Shown: positions 47,255 to 58,957, numbered from the stretch's first letter. The stretch is 64,000 nt of DNA from an uncultured Nitrososphaeraceae archaeon (GCA_963825865.1 CAWGVG010000048.1:1-64000), one strand, 5' to 3'. Program-made: numbers and translations. Notes: a model not told the origin generated them from the sequence alone.

Positions 47255-47939
47255 TACAGCTTTTTGTTTCTTTAGATCCTTGGCCTCGTCAGGTAAAGCA
47301 TCCAGAAAAACAGCAGCAATAGCAGTCAGGATTATACCGCTTCCTATACGTATGGACTAGAACAACAACAGTACCTCATCACCGGATTATAATACCGAGG
47401 CTAACATAGCTGCCATAGTAGGTGAAGCTGAAAGATACATGTACATACTTCATAAGCTCGTTTTATCGAACCTGTAGGATTTTGAATAATTTCTATGCTA
47501 GTCGGTTCAACGCCTTCTTCAATATCTCCTATTCTACCTTTAGCATCGATTCCATTTTTTCATAATTCTTCAAATATATAACTTACTAGCAGAAGTGTTA
47601 CCTATGTTTGTAAGTTAGTTTTTAAGTAAGAAACGTAATGCACAAGTAATGAAGCTGCATGCACACAGTGTTGTAACTATAAAATATTAACGGAAATGTC
47701 CTGTAAATTAATAGTTAGTGCTTGCGCTTATCCTATTATACTGGATTTTAATGTTTTAGAGGTATTTCTAAGATGAACGTATCAAGGTTCGTTCTATTTA
47801 CTTTTGCTGGTTCTATTATTTGGAGTCTTGCTCTAACACTTATAGGCATAATGACTATTAGTACACACGGTATTGCTTTTGCATGCTGATGTATAAATTG
47901 AAAGACCCGTTTAACTGATATATAGATAAAATCCAGAAA

Positions 47940-48239
47940 ATGAAATATAGATCAAGAAGTGAAATAATTGCATCAATTCTTGAAGTCACATGTAGCAGCA
48001 GTTATGGAGTCACTAAAACAGAAATTATGTATCATGCGTTTATACCTTATGCCTTGATGCAAGAATATCTTACATTCATGTTTGAAAAAGGTTTAATAGA
48101 AATTAAGGAAACAAAAGAAGCAAAAAAAAGGCAAAAAAGATTTTTTGTATCTACAGACAAAGGAAGACGCTTATTATACTTATACGAACAAATTAATGAA
48201 ATGACTTCTATTACTGCTAAGAAGAATAATGCTGTATAA
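47940..48239 (+). CDS. Winged-helix transcription regulator
   Basis: MKYRSRSEIIASIL...TKTEIMY...STDKGRRLL. Confidence 0.85.
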   Translation: MKYRSRSEIIASILEVTCSSSYGVTKTEIMYHAFIPYALMQEYLTFMFEKGLIEIKETKEAKKRQKRFFVSTDKGRRLLYLYEQINEMTSITAKKNNAV

Positions 48240-48705
48240 TAGAGAGGTTAACATAAAAGCATCAAGTATTTATTTTGTTACACGTTTCTCTACTTAGAAA
48301 ATATCTTCGTATATATATCTTTTGTTATATACAACTAACTAGATTTACACTTAAACCTAATTCAAGCAACTGTTTGAAGACTTACTAGGAATTTAAATTT
48401 TAAAGTTATAAGAATCGTTAATCTCTATCTTAAACATTCATGAAAATTGGAACACGTGATCCAAGTAAAGGTGAAGTTGTACAATGGGTTAACAACCACT
48501 GGTGAAGAGGGTAAAGCTGCAAAAAGTCAACAACTGATCTTAATGACAGCGATAAATCTGTCCGTAATAATAAAAAATATACTCAGCATCAGTGTTCGGA
48601 GCATATACAACTACTACTGCGAATAATGTGTGTACTATCACTTACGGTAAGTTGTTTGACTAATAGGTTCTAATTGCACCTAGTGTAATCAATACTGAAC
48701 ACCTT

Positions 48706-48939
48706 TTGAAATATAACAATAATAAATGTAGTGAATGCGGTCTAACAATTCATCCAAACTTTATAGGATATCATAAATGTGGTTATGCGAACTGTCCTAT
48801 TTGTAAAAATGCCATTGTAAATTCAGGATATTGGTACCATAGAAGGTCTCATCCTGGACATGAGAACGATTCTCCTCCGCCACCAAGAAAAGCCTTTGAA
48901 AATAGAGAATATAGAAATACTCGACGCACGAGTCGTTAA
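48706..48939 (+). CDS. Small Zn-finger protein
   Basis: CSEC...HKC, CPIC...H...H. Confidence 0.5.
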   Translation: MKYNNNKCSECGLTIHPNFIGYHKCGYANCPICKNAIVNSGYWYHRRSHPGHENDSPPPPRKAFENREYRNTRRTSR

Positions 48940-49400
48940 CAATACCTATTTCGACGTACGTTTCTTACATTTCTGTATTAGTATACAAGATAGAGCTAGC
49001 TAAATACGAAGTGGTCAAATAAGTATCACTTACAACATAATGAATCATGCAACAAAGCACCTATTTCTATAAATATCATTTTGTAGTAGCATATGAAATG
49101 ATATCGGATTCACTTATAATTACGTAAAGACTCAGAGAAAGAACAACATTGGACACTCCAATTTTCATAGGAGTGTTTCAATGTATCATAATTGCAGTAT
49201 ATAGAGTAGCTTTCCTGATAATCTCAAATGAGTACTACTATTGACCACGTTAAAATACTCAAAGAGCTAAGCTATTTTTTTCGTTATATTATACTATATT
49301 GGCATATCTTTTTTAGCATTACTAGTTTGATTGTAATTTGTAGCCGTTTTCTCTCTATTGTAGCCTTATGTTGTTAAATTGTTGATTTGATAATAATTAA

Positions 49401-49684
49401 TCAAGAGTTAACTAGAACTACTGACGTTCCATTAGTCAAGGTATCAAATGCAGGCAAAAACCTCTTTCCAATTTCACGCAGCTCATTTATTTGTTCTTTT
49501 GAAGCAGTATTGCTTTTGATATTCATATTTACTCTAAATTGCTGAGCACCAGGTCATCATTGGATATGCCAGTAAAACCACGCAAGTGTTGCTTTTGTCA
49601 TTTCCGGCTGATTTCGCATGGAATCATATACTGTATTTAGTATTTGTATATTTACTCCATTGAATCCATCGTTTTTCTTACCAT
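49401..49684 (-). pseudogene. OsmC-like protein remnant with internal deletion
   Basis: NGVNIQIL...QPEMTKAT joined to LRGFTGIS..PGAQQFRV...PAFDTLTNG. Confidence 0.55.
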
Positions 49685-49876
49685 TCATTTAATGAAAGTA
49701 TTGGAAGAGGTCTGCAAATAATAATTTTTGTTGTAAGAAAGAGAAAAAACAGCATGAATGAATAAGGTATTATTTCATTACGTTGCTCAACGCATTAACA
49801 AACACCTAATATTTGCTCTATTTTAGTATTGGATCCATTATTCTTAGAAACTGTTTAGATTGTACTCTCTTTCTCT

Positions 49877-50887
49877 CTAATAGTGACAAACTATTTCCTT
49901 TCTGAAAATCTCAATCTGCTCTTCAAAATCGCTTATGGGCCAGAAATGTATACGCTTTACTCCAGCTTCACGAAGGGCATTTATCTTTTGAATACACTCT
50001 TCAACACATCCAAAGAGAAGTAGATTTTCTAACTGCTCTACAGGTCTCCCTAATGCGGGAGATAATCTATCTTTTACCATCCTGTGAACTTTGTCCTTAT
50101 CGTTATCAATATACCCAAACATTGACATAACAGAGTTTTCGAACGATTCGCTGTCTCTGCCTAATCTTTTTCTGTATGACATAAGTATATTCCATTTTTC
50201 TCTGAACTTGTCTGGCGTAATATTATAAGCGGACGCCATCCAACCATCACCATATTTTGCAGCCCTTCTTAGGCCTGCTTCTGATGATCCCCAAGTCCCT
50301 ATGAAGATATGGGGATGAGGTTTTTGTAATGGTTTGGGTGCAATAGATATTTTCTCTAATTGATAATATTTGCCATTATAGTCTACGTATAATGTTGAAG
50401 TACCAGACTTCAAATCGTCGTCATCATCTTCTTCTCTCTTACTATTATTCCAAAGTATATGCAAAATCTCTAATGCTTCATTAAACCTACTCCATCTTTG
50501 TTCAAAAGGAATTCCACAGACATCATAATCTCATTTATGTGAACCAGGCCCAACTCCTGCTGCAAATAGCCTTCCAGAAGATAAAATATCTATAGCTGAT
50601 AAAGCCTTGGCACATATGACAGGATTTCTTACAACTATATTTAGTATAGACGTACCAAGTTTTATCCTATTGGTTACTGCAGCAACTGCTGACAATGTAC
50701 TTAGCGAGTCCAACCAACTGGTTCTAAAAACAATATGATCATTTACACTCAATGAATCATATCCAAGAGACTCGGCCTTTCTTGCAATCGAAAGCATTTG
50801 TTCTCTTGTATGAGGCTTTTCATTTTCTCCATTCCATCCCTTAAACCCCATAACGGGTAAATGAACTCCAAATACAAGCTGTTTCAT
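49877..50887 (-). CDS. LLM-class (luciferase-like, possibly F420-dependent) oxidoreductase, frameshifted
   Basis: AESLGYDSLSVNDH, IKLGTSIL, IDILSSGRL, PKPLQKPHPHIFIG, RAAKYGDGW. Confidence 0.88.
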
Positions 50888-50961
50888 TGTATCAGGGACA
50901 AATAAACCAATGTATCATAAAAAGTAGTATATCATATAGGCAATGTTGTTTAGGTTGCATA

Positions 50962-52075
50962 GGGGTTGTTGCCTAATTCGTTTTAATTGACTGTAAATAT
51001 GATTTCACGGTTTTCGATTTAGCTTAGAAAGGGTATGCACCCTCTTATTGACTTGCAAGCACAAGAGGAAAGATGGTTACTGGTTGTGTTACCATCTAGC
51101 ACATACCCTAGAACGAGATATGCTTATCGAAAATATAGTTTCTCTGGTCAAAGAAAATCCTCCTCCTACTTCAAAGAAGAACAGTAATAGAGGAAGGAAA
51201 CCAATTCATTCTTGGGAAAAACTTGTCTGTATTTGTATATTGATGGTTGTTTTCGGTTCAACGTACAGAGATATACAGAATATAGTACCCTCTCTTAATT
51301 TGCCATGGAATAACGAGCCATATCCAGATCATACGTGGATATCACGTACATTCAAGAAGATACCGCTGATATATCTTGAACGTGTACTAATATGGTCAGC
51401 TTATCTATGTTTGAAAGAATCAGGCTGGAAGAAGGGTATTCTCGCATCAGATAGCACCGGTGTAGAGACAAACAGGTACGGATACGAAGTAACGATTTAT
51501 CAAAAATAGTAGTAAGAAATTCGAAAAGATAAGGGTAAAACAGTATCTGAAATGGCATATCACAGGGATACTTGATCATCTCATAATACTTAATACACGA
51601 CTTACCAGTAAGAAAACACACGATTCTCCAGTACTCCGAACAATGCTAAACAGATTGAAGAAATATAGATTAGACTTTGCAGGTTCAACATTCAATGGTG
51701 ACAGAGCTTATGATGGCAACAAGAACTTCCAGTCAGTGTTTAACATGAACATGCTTCCAAATATCAAGCAGAGAAAAAACTCCAAGAACAAGAATAGCAG
51801 TAGTAAGAAGAACAAATACAGAAAGAAGGCTGAAAGATATTCAATGCATCAATATATCGTTATAGAGGATTGATAGAAGGAATATTTGGAGCTGAAGAAA
51901 CTAAACATCATCATCATCAGCTATACTGCACATTCAGATTAAAGAACAATCAGAAAAGATTTGGATTAATTAAATCAATAGGCTGGAACCTAGAAGTCCT
52001 TAACAGACTACAATGTGCAAACAAACTGGGAATAAAGGTGACACCATATGCGATATCAAATTAGGCAACAACCCC
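50962..52075 (+). mobile_element. IS element (IS5/IS4-type DDE transposase), frameshifted
   Basis: 17-bp TIR GGGGTTGTTGCCTAATT / AATTAGGCAACAACCCC with TA on both flanks; PDHTWISR, DSTG, GDRAYD, IEGIFG. Confidence 0.9.
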
Positions 52076-52340
52076 TATATCAGTGAAACCAATGTCTTCT
52101 TGTAGTCCTACTATTAAGAAATTGATAATATCCTATATATAATTCTGAAAATGGACTAGGAGCGAAATGAATTTTTAATAATCATTAAAATATAGAATTG
52201 ATTAACTAAATATATTGTTGCTATCGGCTGTATTTACTGTTTTCTTTCAAACTTGCGCCTTAAAGCTATTGCAATAAGACCAAAGGTCAGAGAACCACCA
52301 GCTATCTTGATGACGTGGTCTAATAATCCTATCTCCACCT

Positions 52341-52400
52341 TGCTTCCATTAGGCTTGCATGAGATTTTTTATCTTTTACATGCTTCCATTAGGCTTGCAT
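52341..52400. repeat. Perfect 20-bp direct repeat with a 20-bp gap
   Basis: TGCTTCCATTAGGCTTGCAT at 52341-52360 and 52381-52400. Confidence 0.9.
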
Positions 52401-52498
52401 AAAATAAAAGTTGATCAATTTTTACCTTGCTAGTTGTTTAATAAAGACTTAACACCAAAAGACAAGCTTTTAGCTTTGAAAAATAGAAATAGTGTAAG

Positions 52499-53998
52499 TT
52501 GACATGGAAGGATCTTAAGCGATTCGTTATCGATAACAACTACAATAATGAACAGAAAGAACAAGAAGTAAAATTACAATCGGCAGAACGTTTTGCAATA
52601 TTCAAGAATTTACCATTCTGGATATCCGATGTTGAAGAGCATAAGAAAGCCGATATTGCAAATAACGGAAAATGTTGTTTTAATTATATCATCGGTTTGC
52701 CTAAGAAGGATGGAATAGACAAACCTATTTTCGACTACGAAATGCAGTTAGTAAATGCATTAGCTAAGCCCACTCTTAACAAATCTATATTTGTCAAGAA
52801 AGCAAGAGGGTTAGGAATCACTGAAATACTTTTAAGATATATGTCATGGCTAGCAGTGTTTGACAGCACATATCATAATTGCAGATTTCATATTGTGACT
52901 GGCCCGAGGATTAATCTGGCAGAGGAACTAACAGATAGAATCAGGTTATTATTTCAAAATTGCAAAGCTGGAGCTATTGAAGTAAAACAGGTAGGCCCTA
53001 TAGTTTATGTAAATAATGTAACAATACAGGCCTTCCCATCTCACACAGTTTCAACTATGAGAGGCTATACTGATGTCAAGTTTATTTTCATAGATGAAGG
53101 AGCCTTCTTTGCTCCAGGGCAGCAGGAAGAAGTCAGGGCTGTATGTGAGGGTTATCGTGCAAAGACAAACCCGCATATTGTTCTTGTATCAACACCATAC
53201 AAGCCAGGTGATCTATTCGAACATATAGACAGAGATCCAAATTCTATATTCAAAAAATTATCATATCATTATTCCGTTGGACTTGGCAAGATATACAATG
53301 AACAAGAGATAGAGAAAGAAAAAAGTCAACCGTATTTTAGAAGAGAATTTGAGTTAGCATATTCTGTTGGCACAGGCAATGTGTTTACTGAGCAATCAAT
53401 TCAAGCTGCTGAAGAGTTAGGAAGAAAATACAAAGGTAGGACCAGTTTTGAAGGCACGCAAAAAAGTCTAGGAATAGATCCAGGATTCGGATCTAGCAAG
53501 ACTGCATTCACAGTAATAGAATGCGTTGATAATCTGGCACATGTTATCTATTCAAAGCAGTTTGAGAATTCAAGCACAGAGCATATGGTAAGCCTGGCAT
53601 ACAATCTAATAAGACAGTATAATCTGAACAATGGAATTAACAAGGTATTCGTAGATGGCAGCCAGCCTGGATTTATTCGGAGCTTAAAAATAGCAATAGG
53701 CGAATACGCACAATACGAGCATTTTGTAGAAAGAGGAAAGCAGGATAACAACAGGCCATTGCATCTATATATGAATGTAGTTCCTGTCAACTTCTCTACG
53801 AAACATAGAGCTATGTTAGGTAATGTGCGCAAATGGATTGACAAAGGTCATGTTGCCATAGATCCTGATTTATTTCCTGAATTGCTAACAGAATTACGAA
53901 TTGCAACAAGTGATGAAGAGATGTCACTTGATAAAACTGAGTATTCGATGGACTTGCTTGATAGCCTTAGGCTTTCGATGGAATACATCGTTTATTGA
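52499..53998 (+). CDS. Terminase large subunit-like protein (ATPase + RNase H-fold nuclease)
   Basis: Variant Walker A KARGLGITE, Walker B FIFIDEGAF, coupling motif VSTP, FRREF, nuclease LGIDPG...DGS...DLLDSL. Confidence 0.85.
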   Translation: MTWKDLKRFVIDNNYNNEQKEQEVKLQSAERFAIFKNLPFWISDVEEHKKADIANNGKCCFNYIIGLPKKDGIDKPIFDYEMQLVNALAKPTLNKSIFVKKARGLGITEILLRYMSWLAVFDSTYHNCRFHIVTGPRINLAEELTDRIRLLFQNCKAGAIEVKQVGPIVYVNNVTIQAFPSHTVSTMRGYTDVKFIFIDEGAFFAPGQQEEVRAVCEGYRAKTNPHIVLVSTPYKPGDLFEHIDRDPNSIFKKLSYHYSVGLGKIYNEQEIEKEKSQPYFRREFELAYSVGTGNVFTEQSIQAAEELGRKYKGRTSFEGTQKSLGIDPGFGSSKTAFTVIECVDNLAHVIYSKQFENSSTEHMVSLAYNLIRQYNLNNGINKVFVDGSQPGFIRSLKIAIGEYAQYEHFVERGKQDNNRPLHLYMNVVPVNFSTKHRAMLGNVRKWIDKGHVAIDPDLFPELLTELRIATSDEEMSLDKTEYSMDLLDSLRLSMEYIVY

Positions 53999-54323
53999 TA
54001 TTGATATTTAGAAGATTAGCATTATTAGATTGGATTGAATTGGAAGAAACCTCCAAACAAACAAGATCAAGGACTTTCTAGAATTATATCTGTTAAATAT
54101 CGAAAACCTATCCGCAAATTGAGGAAGAAGAGAAGATACAACGCACTAATAGTAAACATAGCCTCAATCTTGGGACGTAGAATAAGTGAGTGACTAAGTA
54201 AACAAATTGTCGAAGAAATTCATGTACCCTATTAACATACAAACTCCTCGTAGCAACTCAATCTAAAAACATAAACACAGCGGTGCCGTTATCATATCCT
54301 TAGAGAGAGAAAGATAGACCGAG

Positions 54324-54600
54324 ATGTCCAAATTAACTCAAATACAAAAAGAACAGTTAAAACGCATAATCTTAGATTCTACACTTCAACGTCTAACAAC
54401 TGCTAAGACTCAGGCGCATGTAAAGGATAAACTCGGAGTTGAAATCACTATAGATTACCTAAATCATGTAAAGATGGAGCTAAGGCAAGACTCACAAAAG
54501 GAGTTAGACCATTTGAGAAAAAACCGTTTCTCATACATGAACCATTTGTTTTTTGAGCGCGTATACGAAGTAAAGAAAATGCAGAGAAAGCTCAGTTTTG
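54324..54600 (+). pseudogene. Small helical protein, candidate terminase small-subunit partner, 3' truncated
   Basis: HTH-like TTAKTQAHVKDKLGVEITIDYLNHVK; after about residue 90 the ORF reads into antisense HsdR-like sequence. Confidence 0.45.
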
Positions 54601-54670
54601 ACACGTCTGCTTTTAATGATATAATATGGAATAATTATTGTCCCATATTGTATTTTCCCTTTCTTTTGAA

Positions 54671-54985
54671 TCATGGAAGGTTTCGCTTGGCCAAGTCTAT
54701 AATTTCCGGAGTTATCTTGTCAACTTTATCTTCAAGATACTTATTTTCTGTCAGGATATCATAAATAGCAATACTTAATTTCTTTTCAGAGCTTGTCTTT
54801 GTCTTCCAGCCTACTATTTTTGCTTCTTCTTTTACCTTGATAAATATTGACTCTGTAGTGCTTTTTGAAGTGTTTTTGTCATCTCTTATTGATTGCAATT
54901 CCTCATAGACTGCAAATTCAAATGGCGTAGAGAACCCAAGCTTTTTTCGTTGTTTCTCTGTATCTAATGCTTCAGTGTTACCAAA
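54671..54985 (-). pseudogene. Type I restriction enzyme R subunit C-terminal fragment
   Basis: EKQRKKLGFSTPFEFAVYEEL...IVGWKTKTSSEKKLSIAIYDIL resembles the HsdR C-terminal helical domain. Confidence 0.55.
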
Positions 54986-55022
54986 ATAAATATCAGATCA
55001 TAACTTTGGATTATGTTTTTGA

Positions 55023-55499
55023 TTGCATGTACAAGAAGGCATCTTGAAAAGATACGATGAGGCCATTAAATGTTATGATAAAATAGTAGACGTATATAGG
55101 AAAACGCCTTATACTTCAAGGATATTGTGTAATGAAGCCATTGAATCTTATGATACGGCTATCCAGAAAAATCTAAATAATAATAATATAGAGCTATTGT
55201 ATAACAAAGGCTTATTCCTTCTCCATACCTATGCATCCAGAGATGAATGTATTAATCATGCAATTGAGCCGATGAAGTGCTACGATAAGATAATAGAGAT
55301 AAATCCAAATCATGCAAAGGCATGGATTAAGAAAGGTTTGATTCATGAAGGATGGGGATGCTGGGATGAAGCCATCAAGTGCTACGACAAGGCCATTGAA
55401 ATCAATTCAAATTATAAAAATAACTCAGCAGATGTATGGCTTCTCCTTTGTTATACTCTTGCGTATAAATCAGATAGGAGATGTGGTATGGATGGATGA
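55023..55499 (+). CDS. TPR-repeat protein (fragment)
   Basis: Repeated YDEAIKCYDKAIEINP and AWIKKG motifs. Confidence 0.8.
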   Translation: MHVQEGILKRYDEAIKCYDKIVDVYRKTPYTSRILCNEAIESYDTAIQKNLNNNNIELLYNKGLFLLHTYASRDECINHAIEPMKCYDKIIEINPNHAKAWIKKGLIHEGWGCWDEAIKCYDKAIEINSNYKNNSADVWLLLCYTLAYKSDRRCGMDG

Positions 55500-55904
55500 A
55501 CCAATGGTCTCTTGATTAGTCTAACTTCTATGAGACAAGACATGCTGATCTAACCAATTTAGGAAGAAAGGGTCCTACAGCGGTGTGATAAGAAGGTTGA
55601 ATGAGTTTTACAATAAACACCATGATAGCTGCAACAAACCATACCGGGGAATACAACGTCAATAACAACAGTCCCAGGTAATCAGAATGGTTTTAGATTG
55701 AATGAATGATACTAGTCATGCACACCACAATGTTGTACTACTAGCATCACCAACAAAAACAGATCCTCCCTAGGTTTTTCATTGGAGGATGCGATACTAC
55801 ATTGAAATATAAAAATGATTGTTATTGCAGGCAGCAATGGCAACTAAGATATTTTTTAGCGCTTACTAATAATTGTTTTTGAGGAAGAGGAGGAAGAAAA
55901 ATGG

Positions 55905-56201
55905 CTAGTAATATGAGTAGGCAGCAGTAGTGGTAGTAAGCAACAATTCATCAAGCTGATTATGTAAATGTAAAAACATCAATCCCTTGTCAGTTATCCT
56001 GTAAGTTCTTCTTCGATTTTCTTCTTGATACGTTGTTCTTATCAGGCCAGCATCAATTAAGATTGAAACATATTGCTTCATCTGTGCATATGATAAAAAT
56101 GACCTGTACATTATTTGTGATGCATTTAAACTTCTTCCATTGATAACTTCTAGAACAGATGTAACTAATTCAGTTCTGTCTCTATATGCATATACCAACA
56201 T
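55905..56201 (-). CDS. Winged-helix transcription regulator (same family as 47940-48239)
   Basis: YRDRTELVTSVL...QIMYRSFLSYAQMKQY...YRITDKG. Confidence 0.85.
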   Translation of the reverse strand: MLVYAYRDRTELVTSVLEVINGRSLNASQIMYRSFLSYAQMKQYVSILIDAGLIRTTYQEENRRRTYRITDKGLMFLHLHNQLDELLLTTTTAAYSYY

Positions 56202-56639
56202 CTAAACATCCACTTACAGATTGAGATTATGTAGTCCTTAACTGTTAGTTAACTTGGTTAACGAAGTAGGGTCTCACATCTAAAACTTGAACTGTATTTT
56301 TAGGCATGTGTTCATGTAAAATTTTTTTGGATTTCCAATAAAAGCTCTGTTCTATCACCCTGCCTTCTCTTAGCCAATATCTCAAGACTATTTTTTATAA
56401 CATCCCCAATTCGATTCTTTATAAAACTACAAGCGAATCCTCAATATGCGTTCTGCCTTATGAGATTTTAAAGCCAGTAATGTATGATAGAAGGAGTGGA
56501 GATAGCATTCACAAGGATTTTCATATAACACGTCATCCGTATCATTTGACTAGAAATAAATTGTCATTGTCAGAATACGTTGACAATCTTGCTTTGCTTT
56601 TCGAAGAAAAAAGCTTTATGACTCTTTAGATAAAGAAGT

Positions 56640-57194
56640 ACAAAGAACTACAGACCCAGGTACTTTTTGATTCAAGTTAATAAGATAGGAAGTGAAAATC
56701 TGCTAAAAAATGGAGTCTATAAACATGAAAATTGGATGGATACTCCCCGTGATAGTGCACATGGAAACGTTAGAATCGGAGACATACTCGTAATCTATTT
56801 TGGAACTAATTCAATAGGATTTCAAAAACAGGTTAAAAAGATTTACAGAGTTAATTCAGTGTCAAACAACAACACAACGTTTAATATTTCAGAAATTAAA
56901 GAACTAAATGGAATAAGCCTAGAACGAATTAAAGCCTCAATACAGCACGTAGAGGTACAAAAAGAAGTTTTCAATAGGATAGGCCAGCAAGGATTCAATA
57001 TTGTTAAAATGGAAAAGGCTGACTATGACCAATTACTATCGCTAGATAATACGCTATCATCCGCAATGGCTCCGTTGACTTTTAGAGATCTACAAATATT
57101 CCTCTTGAAAGAAATGCAGATGCAAGCAAATTATCAACCAGTTATGATAAAGACACTTCTCCTTGCAGGAGGAGCCCCACTATTGCATAGATAG
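56640..57194 (+). pseudogene. EVE/PUA-like domain protein, truncated
   Basis: RYFLIQV...VRIGDILVIY...QQGF, then MQMQANYQPVMIKTLL..GG before an abrupt stop. Confidence 0.5.
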
Positions 57195-57297
57195 ACAAAT
57201 ATGTTTTTGATAATGTAAAGGAATTAGTAATTGAAAAACTGGATATAGTTTTGCTGTTTGGATTATTACTTTATGTCTATTCCTCTTCCTATCATAT

Positions 57298-57615
57298 TCA
57301 AATCATCATCAAATCATCAACAGATGAAACTACTACTATCCCTGCGCTAGTCGTTCCTGTCTTTGCTGCTTCTTTGATAACAGAAACTGCTTCTTTGACC
57401 TTATTCTCATCAGCAATTGATACTACTTGACTCCTAGTAGAATATGCCATCTTTTGGGTTCCTGATCCTTTACCATAGCTTACTGTATATTTTTCCCCCT
57501 TTCCCATTCCTTTAGATTCATAGAATGTAGCCTGTAAGCCTAAGTCTTCTAAAGCAGATAACACATAAGGAGTCCTCTCAGAGGCAATAAATGCTTCAAT
57601 TCTCTTCATTACCAT
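57298..57615 (-). CDS. P-II family signal-transduction protein
   Basis: MKRIEAFI, SKGMGKG, AAKTGTTSAGIVVVSSVDD. Confidence 0.85.
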   Translation of the reverse strand: MVMKRIEAFIASERTPYVLSALEDLGLQATFYESKGMGKGEKYTVSYGKGSGTQKMAYSTRSQVVSIADENKVKEAVSVIKEAAKTGTTSAGIVVVSSVDDLMMI

Positions 57616-57904
57616 AACTATAATGATGATACATTCGGATAATAAACTTGTATTGACTATGTATTTAGATCAAACTATTGTTTCTACTAAATGGGTTTCA
57701 AGCCATATGCCTTTATCAGGATACTTTTTTTATGACCTTGTTTGCAATTCTCTACTTATGTTCAGACGTGTGTTCTTCTATTGTTGTGCATGTTCCTCCC
57801 AATCCATAGATATATTATTAAAGTCTGGATATACTGTAGGGCTAGTATCATTTCAGACGAAGAACAGAATTTAGAAAACAAAAGATACTATGCTAACGTA
57901 GTGG

Positions 57905-58957
57905 TTATTCCTCTTTATCAGTTAAAGGTAATGACGATGATGATTTGCTAAACGTGCAATCAGTAATTATAACTTTGTTTGTACAATCTTTTACTAGGTT
58001 GTTATAAAGTTTTTCAGCTTCTTCTACTATTATAGATACATTATCTTCAGTATTATAATCCGGTGATGAGCTTTGTTGTTGTTGCTGTCCGTACATACAA
58101 GAAACAGTATAATCCTGGCCGTTGCTGTTATAGTCTATCATCGAAGATATGTTATTAAAAATTGACCTAAATTTCTCTGGGTCGTTTCTTATTGATTCAG
58201 TAATAGACAAAAGCGCATATCTTAGCAACACTTTTACGTTTGGAATAACATTAAGCACTTTTTCTCCAACAAAATTTATGATTTTGATAAATTCCTCATT
58301 ATTGTTTTGAAAGGCATTTACAAGTTTCTGTAATGCTGTGTATTCTTTGTTTTGATTCTTAATCTCCAATCCTCGTTTTTTACAATCCGACTCGTATTGT
58401 TCCAATGTATTCTGTGTAGTTGAGATCAGATGGCTTAACTCCTCAAGAATTCTGGCTGAATTCTGATTACCGGCTTGTAAGGATGCTTCTTCTCTTTTGA
58501 GCTTTTCACATCTATATTCCACGGATGGTAAATCATTATTAGCAATTGTAAGAAGTTTGACCACATCTTGTGTACTCATACGTGCCACCTTAGACAAAAT
58601 GTACAAATTCACAAAATGGTGAATGTCATCTTTAATTTTATCATAAATCCTACAAAGGCTGTCAAGTTGAGTTAGCTTACAATACTCTATAAAGAATTTG
58701 GTTACTTCAGGCTCCCTCAGGTTCAATGCAATAGCTACTTGTGCCAGAGTTCTACGTTCGGAAAATAGTTTGTAAGCTTGGGATGATACAGACATAGAAT
58801 CCTTTAATTCCATCGCTTTAACTGTCTTCTCTAGGATGGCTTTAATATCACGAGGGCAAATTCTTGCCTCCTTAGCTATTTGGTGATAACTCTTGTTCTG
58901 ATTATAATATAGATCTAAAACAAGCTTTTCTTTTTCCTGTCTAGTTAGTGTCATCAT
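57905..58957 (-). CDS. Double-HTH, coiled-coil hypothetical DNA-binding protein
   Basis: KSYHQIAKEARICPRDIKAIL and TLAQVAIALNLREPEVTKFF HTH-like segments; central heptad-rich region. Confidence 0.75.
   Translation of the reverse strand: MMTLTRQEKEKLVLDLYYNQNKSYHQIAKEARICPRDIKAILEKTVKAMELKDSMSVSSQAYKLFSERRTLAQVAIALNLREPEVTKFFIEYCKLTQLDSLCRIYDKIKDDIHHFVNLYILSKVARMSTQDVVKLLTIANNDLPSVEYRCEKLKREEASLQAGNQNSARILEELSHLISTTQNTLEQYESDCKKRGLEIKNQNKEYTALQKLVNAFQNNNEEFIKIINFVGEKVLNVIPNVKVLLRYALLSITESIRNDPEKFRSIFNNISSMIDYNSNGQDYTVSCMYGQQQQQSSSPDYNTEDNVSIIVEEAEKLYNNLVKDCTNKVIITDCTFSKSSSSLPLTDKEE

Noticed and set aside
52341-52400. CRISPR interpretation of the 20-bp repeat
   Set aside because: Only two copies, repeat and gap too short, unrelated to the 43.6-kb repeat
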